Below, in pieces: positions 8,018 through 15,915 of a DNA stretch of 64,000 nucleotides. Positions within the stretch are counted from its first letter, which is position 1; every line of letters begins with the position of its first letter. A program made the position numbers and the translations under genes. This DNA comes from an uncultured virus (IMG/VR IMGVR_UViG_3300021438_000002) (Duplodnaviria > Heunggongvirae > Uroviricota > Caudoviricetes): the IMG/VR virus record IMGVR_UViG_3300021438_000002, one strand, 5' to 3'. The notes beneath the pieces were generated by a model. It made no database searches. It saw nothing but the letters and a program-made list of their open reading frames with translations, and was not told where the DNA came from.

Positions 8018-8281
8018 ATGAAACTTACTGGAAATGTCCTTCTTAGAATTTTGGCGACGTTTGTTGCGTCCGCTCTTGGTGTTATCGGTGCTGGTAGCCT
8101 CGGTGGGGTTGCTCCTGCTACTGCTGCTCTCGTTGGTGGTATTTTGGCTGTAGCCAAAGTAATTGAACGCCTATCCATTGCCTTCCTAGAAGATGGCAAA
8201 CTATCTAACGCTGAAATCAATGCTGCCTTCCAGCAGTCTGTTCAGTTGAAGAACGTCAAAGAAGAAGAGCCGAAGAAGTAA
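8018..8281 (+). CDS. small membrane protein, holin-like
   Basis: Two hydrophobic segments and a charged C-terminal tail. Confidence 0.55.
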   Translation: MKLTGNVLLRILATFVASALGVIGAGSLGGVAPATAALVGGILAVAKVIERLSIAFLEDGKLSNAEINAAFQQSVQLKNVKEEEPKK

Positions 8282-9744
8282 TGAAGGGTCTGCGTAAATT
8301 CGCAGCACTATTCGTTCCCCTCACAACGCTATTTCTTCTATTTGGCTTGTCCAGCCCTGCTATGGCTGACAGCACAACTGACTATAACCAAAAGGTTGCT
8401 GAAGCACAGGCAAAGGTACAAGACCTTCAGAATCAGTTAAACAATGCACAGGCTAACCTAGACAGTTGGACTAACTCGTCTAACTCTCAGGCTGACCTTA
8501 TTAACTCTGCCCAGACTGCCGCTACCGAAGCAAAAGACGCTTTAGAGGCTGCTGTGTCTGATTACAATAGTAAAAAGGCTGATTACGATGCAGCGTTTGC
8601 TGATGTTCAGGCTGCTGAAGCAGTAGTCGCTCAGGCAGTAGCCGCAGTAAATGCTGCTGCTGATGTTGTGGATTCTACTTATGATTCTTACGCAGTAGCC
8701 CAGCAAAACGCTGATAATGCTCAGGCAGTTATGAATCAGGCTAAAAATGACTATGACACCAAGTTAATCAACGCTGGTGGTCAAGGCAGTAGTGCAGGTT
8801 TGAAGGTAGATGTCTACACAGGTATCGGTCGTTATGGAAACCCTCCACAAAAGTCAGATACTGTTTACACCAAGTGTAAGACAACTACTGTAAGCAACAT
8901 TGACCTTAACTGGGGTGGCGGTGACATTCTAGGTTGTGGTTCTGATTACATCATGCTTCACTACAAGGGTTACATCACATACCCAACAACCACTAAAGTT
9001 TACTTCCAGGCTCCTGCTGATGACGGTTTCTACATGTCTATCAATGGAACTCAGGTAATTAACGACTGGTCACTAAAAGGTTGTGGAGCAAACTCCACAG
9101 GACTGTTCTCCTTTACGGGAGGTAAGTCATACGCTATTGACGCTTGGTTCTACGAATGGACTGGCGGTGCTTGTTCTAGCCTTTACTACAAACCTCTTAA
9201 TGGAGGTTCCTACGCAGTAGCCCCAGCGTCCTTCTTTACACAGGACGCAGTAGTCACCATGATTAAAGACCCAGCATTGCTTGCTGTATTAAACGCTAAG
9301 ACCGCTCTTTATGTTCAGGCAGTAGCCGCTGAAGAACAGGCAGGCGTGGTCTATGGAGATGCTTGTGATGTCTATGATGGAGCAAATGTCGCTTATGGAT
9401 ACGCTGGAACTTCATTGGCAAATAAACACGCTATTTTGGTTCCGCTAGAATCCGTTATGAGTAATGCTGAATCTAACTGGCAAAACAGAAGTGATGACAA
9501 AGTAGTTGCTGACGCTAACTTGCGTGACCTAAAGGCTGAATACAGTAGCACTTTTGCTGCCATTGAGTCTGCGGCACAGCAGGTAGATGACCTAGAAGCC
9601 AGAGTTGCTCAAGCAAAAGTGGACCTAGCAAACATTCCAAAACCTACTGCTGCGGATAAGCGTAAACCAAAGAAGAATAACCCAAAGTATTTTGCTGATG
9701 GTGCATACATTCCTAGACAAGTGTTCTTAATAAATTTAAAATAA
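8281..9744 (+). CDS. secreted coiled-coil protein with a central PA14 (lectin) domain; short frameshift isoform
   Basis: Signal peptide ending AMA; Ala/Gln heptads flank the PA14 motifs NIDLNWGGG, ADDG, INDW, FYEWTGG. Confidence 0.8.
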   Translation: MKGLRKFAALFVPLTTLFLLFGLSSPAMADSTTDYNQKVAEAQAKVQDLQNQLNNAQANLDSWTNSSNSQADLINSAQTAATEAKDALEAAVSDYNSKKADYDAAFADVQAAEAVVAQAVAAVNAAADVVDSTYDSYAVAQQNADNAQAVMNQAKNDYDTKLINAGGQGSSAGLKVDVYTGIGRYGNPPQKSDTVYTKCKTTTVSNIDLNWGGGDILGCGSDYIMLHYKGYITYPTTTKVYFQAPADDGFYMSINGTQVINDWSLKGCGANSTGLFSFTGGKSYAIDAWFYEWTGGACSSLYYKPLNGGSYAVAPASFFTQDAVVTMIKDPALLAVLNAKTALYVQAVAAEEQAGVVYGDACDVYDGANVAYGYAGTSLANKHAILVPLESVMSNAESNWQNRSDDKVVADANLRDLKAEYSSTFAAIESAAQQVDDLEARVAQAKVDLANIPKPTAADKRKPKKNNPKYFADGAYIPRQVFLINLK

Positions 9745-10010
9745 TACCCCCAAAGGAGTTTCACAACGATAATCCAGTTGCGGGAATTCCACTGTTGGGG
9801 GCAGCATTTCAAGGATTAGCAGACGCATTTAATGCTCTAGGTAACATTGGTGCAGATTTGCCACCCGCTGTGCGAGAAAAAGCACAAAAGGTAGTTATTT
9901 CCGCAATTATCGTTACACAAGTAGCAACACAGGCTGCAACTATGGCTGCTAGTAGTGCAGCAAGTGCGGCATCAAGTTCATCAGGCTCTAGCCGAAGGAA
10001 AGAAAAGTGA
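9741..10010 (+). CDS. -1 frame extension of the PA14 protein with a hydrophobic C-terminal segment
   Basis: Frame open from 9717 with no ATG before the hydrophobic tail; slippery sequence A AAT TTA AAA plus downstream stem-loop. Confidence 0.65.
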   Translation: MIPPKEFHNDNPVAGIPLLGAAFQGLADAFNALGNIGADLPPAVREKAQKVVISAIIVTQVATQAATMAASSAASAASSSSGSSRRKEK

Positions 10011-10171
10011 AGTTTCTAAACGATTTAATCGGACAAATCTGGACATTACTCGGTATGTTCGTAGCATGGATTGTACTAGAAGGCTCTGCTAAGGCAGTAG
10101 TCGGCTGGTGCATCATCGTGTCATTAGTTATCTGGATGGCTACGTTTCCACTGCGAAATAAAGATGAATAA
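10007..10171 (+). CDS. small two-TM membrane protein (54 aa)
   Basis: Read by hand: MKFLNDLIGQIWTLLGMFVAWIVLEG...WCIIVSLVIWMATFPLR; GTGA overlap. Confidence 0.65.
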   Translation: MKFLNDLIGQIWTLLGMFVAWIVLEGSAKAVVGWCIIVSLVIWMATFPLRNKDE

Positions 10172-10179
10172 GAGACAAT
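10154..10179 (+). promoter_or_regulatory. putative late promoter CGAAA-N12-AGAGACAAT
   Basis: Same spacing and motif recur at 17508 and 45437. Confidence 0.5.
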
Positions 10180-10205
10180 AGTAATAATCACCCGAAAGGA
10201 TTATC

Positions 10206-10646
10206 ATGCCAGAAGCAATTTACAAAGAACCATTCCCTAAAGCAAAGCGTGGCGATGGGTTCAAAAACATGGCTAGTTACCGTACACACCCACACCGTGG
10301 TGTTGACTGGTCAGTTCCGTCACACAGCCCAATTCATGCAATCACTGGTGGAACCATCATGGTTGAAAAGTGGACAGATGTTCTAGGTAACATCGTTATC
10401 CAATCAACCTATGACGGTCACTTCCTTCTATACGCACACCTAGCAAAGCCAAGCCCACTTAAGGTAGGCGACAAGGTAGTTGCTGGAGTTACCGTTATTG
10501 GTGAAGTAGGTGGCGGTAAGGACACGCCTAGCGGTACAGCCAGTACAGGCTCGCACCTCCACGTCACATACGGAACAGTTCAGGACCTAGTTTCTGCTGA
10601 TTTGAGCAAACTAAACGACTTGTTTGCAGTATTGGACAAGAAGTAA
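10206..10646 (+). CDS. M23 peptidase, probable endolysin
   Basis: HRGVD, YAHL and HLH zinc-binding motifs; flanked by membrane protein genes. Confidence 0.85.
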   Translation: MPEAIYKEPFPKAKRGDGFKNMASYRTHPHRGVDWSVPSHSPIHAITGGTIMVEKWTDVLGNIVIQSTYDGHFLLYAHLAKPSPLKVGDKVVAGVTVIGEVGGGKDTPSGTASTGSHLHVTYGTVQDLVSADLSKLNDLFAVLDKK

Positions 10647-10836
10647 CAAATTGATTGAGCGTCAACCCCTAGCACCAAACAATCGTCAAGGCAGTAGCCT
10701 TCAACGTGAGTTTCGTGTTTCAGGGGTTACGCATCAACCAGTCAAATCAAATGAAGCACCAAGCATTCGTACATGGGCTCGTCGTGGACGACCTACTGGC
10801 GAAGGCTTTGGTGGCGGAAACAGAGTAGGCAGATAA
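10624..10836 (+). CDS. small basic hypothetical protein
   Basis: ORF track; fills the gap between lysis-cassette genes. Confidence 0.45.
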   Translation: MQYWTRSNKLIERQPLAPNNRQGSSLQREFRVSGVTHQPVKSNEAPSIRTWARRGRPTGEGFGGGNRVGR

Positions 10837-10837
10837 C

Positions 10838-11182
10838 ATGGACCAAGTTGTTATTTACTGGGCTGCTGGCGTTATTACTGTCGGTACAGCATTGGGCATG
10901 TTATGGAGGCTCCTTAAGCCACTTTGCGATAGGCTCCATGTCGTTATGGACAACTGGGATGCTTTCATGAGAGATTGGTCAGGAGAACCCGCTGCTCCTG
11001 GTCGTTCAGCAGTTCCAGGTGTTATGGAGCGATTAAACCGTATTGACGGAGAATTAAAGCGTAATGGAGGTTCCTCCATGAAAGACGCCATCAATCGAAT
11101 TGAAAAGAAACTTACACAAATAGATGCTCGTCTTGAAGAAGGCAGTGAACGATTTGAAGTACTAGAGGAAAAGGTAAAGTAA
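10838..11182 (+). CDS. membrane-anchored DUF2746-like lysis-cassette protein
   Basis: N-terminal TM; PGVMERL...NGGSSMKDAINR motif typical of actinophage proteins. Confidence 0.65.
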   Translation: MDQVVIYWAAGVITVGTALGMLWRLLKPLCDRLHVVMDNWDAFMRDWSGEPAAPGRSAVPGVMERLNRIDGELKRNGGSSMKDAINRIEKKLTQIDARLEEGSERFEVLEEKVK

Positions 11183-12105
11183 TGCCTGAAGGCGGAATAC
11201 ACGCAGGTCCAGAACCAGGTCGGTTTTTAAAACCTGGAGAGTATAAATCCAAAGGAGCAGCAGGTAAAAGCGTAATTGCTAAAGCAACCGTTGGTCTTTC
11301 TAAGACAGTAACTCCAGGTAAAAAAGAAGCATCTGGTACAGCCACAGGCAGTAGTCCAGCACCTGCAGCAGCACCTGCGGCTAAACCAACTAGGGGTCGT
11401 AAACCAAAAGCAACCGCTGCTCCAGCAGCAGGTCCAAACCATCCAGGGGTTAGCACTGCTACAAATGGTACTGGCGAAGGTTCTTCAGAAGGTAAGCCAT
11501 TAGGTCGCTTTCAAGCCGCAGCATTGGGCAAGATTAACAACGTTATGGAGCATCCTTTTTTCAAGGCTGTTTCAGAAAAAGCAGCAAGCGATAGGCAAGC
11601 CGTTGCTGATGCTGAAGCAGCAAAAAAGCAAGAGGCAGCAGATGCTGAAGCATCCAAAAACCAGCAATGGTATGACCGCCAGAATCACGCCCACAAAAAC
11701 CTAACTGAAAGAATGAGCCTTCAGGCAAAGTTAGCAGAGGAAAAGGCTGCTGCTGCTCATGCTAGAAAACTAGAACTTCTTAATTCAAGACAACAAGCAG
11801 GTGCTAAACCCGTTGTTGCTCCAACTGCTGGTTCGTCTCCGTTCTCTCCAGGAAGCAAAGGAACTCTAGACTTAGGCACTATGACTGGTGGAACTGCTGC
11901 TGCACCTGCTGCGGCACCTGTTGCTGAACCTGCTGCAAAACCAGCCAGAGGTCGTAAACCAAAAGCCGCTGCCCCTGCAGAGACACCAGTAGAAACTCCT
12001 GCTACTCCTGCACCTGCAAATAAACCTGCAAGAGGTAAAGCCGCAGTTAAACCTGGAACACCAAGTACTGGTGGCATCATGAGTAAGTTTGATGCCAGTC
12101 GTTAA
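11182..12105 (+). CDS. Ala/Pro/Lys-rich protein with AT-hook-like RGRKPK repeats
   Basis: AAKPTRGRKPKA, AAKPARGRKPKA and KPARGK. Confidence 0.65.
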   Translation: MPEGGIHAGPEPGRFLKPGEYKSKGAAGKSVIAKATVGLSKTVTPGKKEASGTATGSSPAPAAAPAAKPTRGRKPKATAAPAAGPNHPGVSTATNGTGEGSSEGKPLGRFQAAALGKINNVMEHPFFKAVSEKAASDRQAVADAEAAKKQEAADAEASKNQQWYDRQNHAHKNLTERMSLQAKLAEEKAAAAHARKLELLNSRQQAGAKPVVAPTAGSSPFSPGSKGTLDLGTMTGGTAAAPAAAPVAEPAAKPARGRKPKAAAPAETPVETPATPAPANKPARGKAAVKPGTPSTGGIMSKFDASR

Positions 12106-12207
12106 AAACTATTTTTACTCTTTAGGCTTACAAATCAACGCAAATAAGGCAACCTTTTACTGTGACGAAAGTTACAACGTTTTAAACGGAGAGGTAGGTA
12201 TTAACTA

Positions 12208-12444
12208 GTGCCTATTATTCGTAAATTTGCCATTCAGGGGCATGCCGTCCCTAGTGGTCCAACTAGTCCTCGTGGACCGTTTCCTCCTGAAGTTCTGGCA
12301 CAGAACCCAAGAGCATACGAACCACAAGCAGCCGACTCCTTACACGTTGCACTAGATGATGTCCGCATGTTTCAATGTAAGATGTGCGGCGAAATCCTCT
12401 ACGAGGACGAACTCAACAATCATGATTGCGAAAGCGAGAAATAA
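12208..12444 (+). CDS. small protein with a C-terminal zinc finger
   Basis: CKMC...HDC; SD GGAGAGG upstream. Confidence 0.6.
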   Translation: MPIIRKFAIQGHAVPSGPTSPRGPFPPEVLAQNPRAYEPQAADSLHVALDDVRMFQCKMCGEILYEDELNNHDCESEK

Positions 12445-12447
12445 ATT

Positions 12448-14568
12448 ATGCCATCTAATAGCGGCAAACCCCTAGACAGTGCTGGAAACCTACAAGTAGA
12501 TTTCGTATGGGGTAACTTTGCTCCACAGCCAAACGATGTTCGCACAGTGGCATCGGACACTAACGTATCAACTTCAACAGCAACTGCTGCCGACCTTGTA
12601 GACGCCACCAAGAAGCGTATTGTTCCTTCTAAGGACAACCACGACAACATTCTTGCTGGTTGGAACGGGTACCCATCTTTCACTGGAAATGACTATGGAA
12701 GTTACAGCCGTGCCACAAACGGTACTGCAGTTACCAATACTCAGCAATACACCTATACTCCACAAGTAACCGTTCCAAAGGTTGATGGTCTAACCGACGT
12801 TAACGCTAAGGATGCTTTGCGTGACAATGGTTCTACTGGAACTATTACTGGTACTGTATTGGCTGCTGGTTCTTCTGCAGGTGGTCGTGTACAGATTATT
12901 GAAGCGGCACGTGCTGCTGGTGTTGCAGGTACAGTAACCCTTAAAGGTACAGCCCACGGCTTTACAACTGGTGACTATGTAGCCGTTTACGGTCTAACCA
13001 GCACAGTAGCCACACTAAATGGTGTCTACGGTCCGATTACTGCTTCTACTGACACATTTACCTTTGCTCACACCAACACCGTTTCTGGTGCAATTACTAA
13101 CGTAACAAGCATCACTGGTGCTTATGCTGTAGTAGTTTCTAAGAGCATTGCAACCACTGTTAGCGGTGCACTTGCTGCTGGTGTATTCTCGCTAGTCGCT
13201 GCATCAACAACACAGGTAACTGTTGGTATGACTGTGACTGGTACTGGTTTTGCTACTGGAACAACTGTTCAGTATCTAAACGGTACAACTGTTGGTCTAT
13301 CACTACCTACCACTGCTGCTATTGCTAACGGTGCTTCTGTAACATTTGCAAGCGTTCCTACTCAGGCAGTAGCCGCTAGAACTGTTGCTTACTCAGGTAC
13401 TGCAACTGCAGGTACTGCAACTGTAAACACTGTTGCTGCTCACGGTCTAAACGTAGGTGACTCAGTTAGCGTTATTGGTTCTACTGTCTTGGCTGCTACT
13501 ACTGGTATTGTTGCTTCTGCAGCAACTTCTTTGGTAGTTGCTGACGCAACCAACATTGCTGCTTCAGCAATTGTTACTGGTCCTGGTATTACACCTGGAA
13601 CTACCGTTAGCGGTTCTCCAACAGGTACTGCCGTTACTCTAAGCGGTAACAGCACTGCAGCCCTAGTTGCTCAGTCAGTAGTTACCACTGGTACTGCTAC
13701 TTCTGGTTCAACTACACTGACTATCCCAACAGGTACTGGTGTAAACGTTGCTACCAACACTGCTAATGGTCACCTAGTGACTGGTGTCGGTATCCCTGAC
13801 GGTACTTACGTATCATCTGGTGGTGGAACTACCTCAATCACTTTGAGCAAGGCTACTACTTTGGCTCTAAGCACTACCGCAGTAACCTTTAGCCTTGCTA
13901 AGTTTGCTTCAGGTACCGCAGGTTCAACCAGCCTAACTGTAGACAACAACACTGCTTTGGTTGTTGGTCAGACTGTTGTTGGTGCTGGTATCCTTGATGG
14001 AACTATCATCACTGCAATTAGCGGAACAACCGTTACCCTAAGTCAGGCTGCATTTGGTACCTTCTCAAGCAAGTTAGTTACTTTCAAGAACCTACTTACT
14101 TTTGGTACTGTTGCAACCTCTAAGTTGAACAACGCAGTTACCAGCAACATTGTAACTTCAGTTCTAGTTACTGCTGTTCCAAGCACTACTTCATTCCAGT
14201 ATGCTTTGACTGGTCTAACTAGTGCGGCTACATTTGCTGCTGCAAGCGACAACTATGTAGTCACCTCAGCAACTTCAACTGCTGCTGGTGTAACTCTAAA
14301 CGTTGCTTCTGGTACAGGTGTGGCTGGTATGGTTGGTGCAATCGTAACTGGTGCAGGTATCCCTGATGGTACATTCGTTACTGCTCGTTCAACCGATGCA
14401 TTGACACTAAGCAAGGCTCTAACTGCTGACCCAGGTGCTACACCACTAGTGTTCTACCCAGCATCAGTTGTTCCAGGTATTCGTACCAACACTGTCGTAA
14501 TTGGTAGCCAGAACGTTAGCGGAGCACAGGCGGGTTCAACAACAGTTACATACAACCTATACAACTAA
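12448..14568 (+). CDS. Thr/Gly/Ala-rich virion decoration or fibre protein; PASTA-like segment interrupted by beta-module repeats
   Basis: VTVPKVDGLTDVNAKDAL at the N-terminal side and VIGSQNV at the C terminus; five GxG[IF]xxGTx[VI]...LS repeats. Confidence 0.65.
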   Translation: MPSNSGKPLDSAGNLQVDFVWGNFAPQPNDVRTVASDTNVSTSTATAADLVDATKKRIVPSKDNHDNILAGWNGYPSFTGNDYGSYSRATNGTAVTNTQQYTYTPQVTVPKVDGLTDVNAKDALRDNGSTGTITGTVLAAGSSAGGRVQIIEAARAAGVAGTVTLKGTAHGFTTGDYVAVYGLTSTVATLNGVYGPITASTDTFTFAHTNTVSGAITNVTSITGAYAVVVSKSIATTVSGALAAGVFSLVAASTTQVTVGMTVTGTGFATGTTVQYLNGTTVGLSLPTTAAIANGASVTFASVPTQAVAARTVAYSGTATAGTATVNTVAAHGLNVGDSVSVIGSTVLAATTGIVASAATSLVVADATNIAASAIVTGPGITPGTTVSGSPTGTAVTLSGNSTAALVAQSVVTTGTATSGSTTLTIPTGTGVNVATNTANGHLVTGVGIPDGTYVSSGGGTTSITLSKATTLALSTTAVTFSLAKFASGTAGSTSLTVDNNTALVVGQTVVGAGILDGTIITAISGTTVTLSQAAFGTFSSKLVTFKNLLTFGTVATSKLNNAVTSNIVTSVLVTAVPSTTSFQYALTGLTSAATFAAASDNYVVTSATSTAAGVTLNVASGTGVAGMVGAIVTGAGIPDGTFVTARSTDALTLSKALTADPGATPLVFYPASVVPGIRTNTVVIGSQNVSGAQAGSTTVTYNLYN

Positions 14569-14591
14569 AAAACTAACAACAGGGCAGTACC

Positions 14592-15428
14592 ATGGCTAGA
14601 GGTAGAACTCAGGGTCGAATACCCCATTCGTCTCCATCTGCACAAGAACTGCAGAACCGCAACGACTCACGTGTGGGTCGTGGCGGTGGCTTTGGTATTA
14701 GCAAAAGGTCTGCCGATGAGCAGTATAAAAAACTTTTGCAAGGGGGAGCAGAGGGTGTCGCTGCTCCCCTTCCCCTGCCTTCTCGCTATGGCAAGAATGC
14801 TAAGACGGGTCTCTTTGTAGAGAGCCTTGCTATTTTCAATGATGAAGTTGAAAAAGCAGCAGGTATGGGCTATGACGTCACTGCTGGCGAATACTTAAAC
14901 TACGACGCTAACGGTGAGTTAACCGTCCCTAATTACACCAACTTTGCAGCGGATGCTCGTGTTGGTGCAGACATGGAGAGCCCTGCTCCCATCACAATCC
15001 GCCCAACATCTTCTTCCAACCCAAGACGTCCACGCACCGTGGCTGCTGGATACGACCCTGCTCGTAGAGTTCTTACAGTCGTTTTCCGTGATAGTACGTT
15101 CTACAACTACTATGATGTAACTCCGCACATGTGGGAATCTTTCCGTGGTTCTTGGTCTAAAGGTTGGTACATCAAGCGTTGGCTAGACAAGAAACCTCGT
15201 GGCATGGCAGACATGTCTTACGCTTCAGCCAGAGCACAAGAAGAACTTTACAGAACCGCTAGAACTAACCAGATTCTGTTTGATGCTACTCAAGACTATA
15301 GAACTCCAGCAGCGGCTAGACGTCAAAGGAAGTTTGAACGTGATACCATTGCAGAAGCAAACAGGCGAGCAAAAGCAGGTAAGAACCCTGCTACTGCTGG
15401 TAAGGCTCATCGACCGCATAAACCATAG
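14592..15428 (+). CDS. KTSC domain protein
   Basis: SS...AAGYDPARRVLTVVFRDSTFYNYYDV...SKGWYI. Confidence 0.75.
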   Translation: MARGRTQGRIPHSSPSAQELQNRNDSRVGRGGGFGISKRSADEQYKKLLQGGAEGVAAPLPLPSRYGKNAKTGLFVESLAIFNDEVEKAAGMGYDVTAGEYLNYDANGELTVPNYTNFAADARVGADMESPAPITIRPTSSSNPRRPRTVAAGYDPARRVLTVVFRDSTFYNYYDVTPHMWESFRGSWSKGWYIKRWLDKKPRGMADMSYASARAQEELYRTARTNQILFDATQDYRTPAAARRQRKFERDTIAEANRRAKAGKNPATAGKAHRPHKP

Positions 15429-15434
15429 GAATAC

Positions 15435-15755
15435 ATGCCCAAGGTACACGAAATCGGAAAAACTCGGTTTATACAAGTAATTGATTTCCCAGTTAAATGG
15501 GGATGGAAAATAGTGGTACGTGGTTGGACTCAAGAAATTGAAGAGCCTTTTCGAATTGCTACTCCAGTAATCTTTAGACTACCGCTCCATAAGGCGATTG
15601 TTTTTGGCAAGTGGAATGGTCAACAAGAAGATGAAGAATCGGCACTCAATAACGCAATGCAAGGACGGCTACTAACTTATGAAGATTTTGAAGAAGGCTG
15701 GACGCCAGCCCCAGACCAAACTGCAGAAGAGGGTTGGTGGGATTTCAAGTCCTGA
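15435..15755 (+). CDS. hypothetical protein
   Basis: ORF track; SD AGGA upstream. Confidence 0.6.
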   Translation: MPKVHEIGKTRFIQVIDFPVKWGWKIVVRGWTQEIEEPFRIATPVIFRLPLHKAIVFGKWNGQQEDEESALNNAMQGRLLTYEDFEEGWTPAPDQTAEEGWWDFKS

Positions 15756-15915
15756 ACTAACTGTCTGGGCAGAGAACTCGCTTTACACTATCGGCAAAAA
15801 CATTGCTGGTATGCGTGGCGGTACGCCAGAAGCCTTGAAAGAAGCCGAGATTGGTGCAGAAGCATTACTCGCTATTATTCAAGAACTACTAAAAAGGTCC
15901 GAAAATGAGTTTTGA
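15679..15915 (+). CDS. hypothetical protein upstream of the terminase
   Basis: ORF track; overlaps the terL start. Confidence 0.5.
   Translation: MKILKKAGRQPQTKLQKRVGGISSPELTVWAENSLYTIGKNIAGMRGGTPEALKEAEIGAEALLAIIQELLKRSENEF

Noticed and set aside
14740..14772. Strong hairpin inside the KTSC gene
   Set aside because: No U-tract, slippery site or alternative frame; no function can be supported
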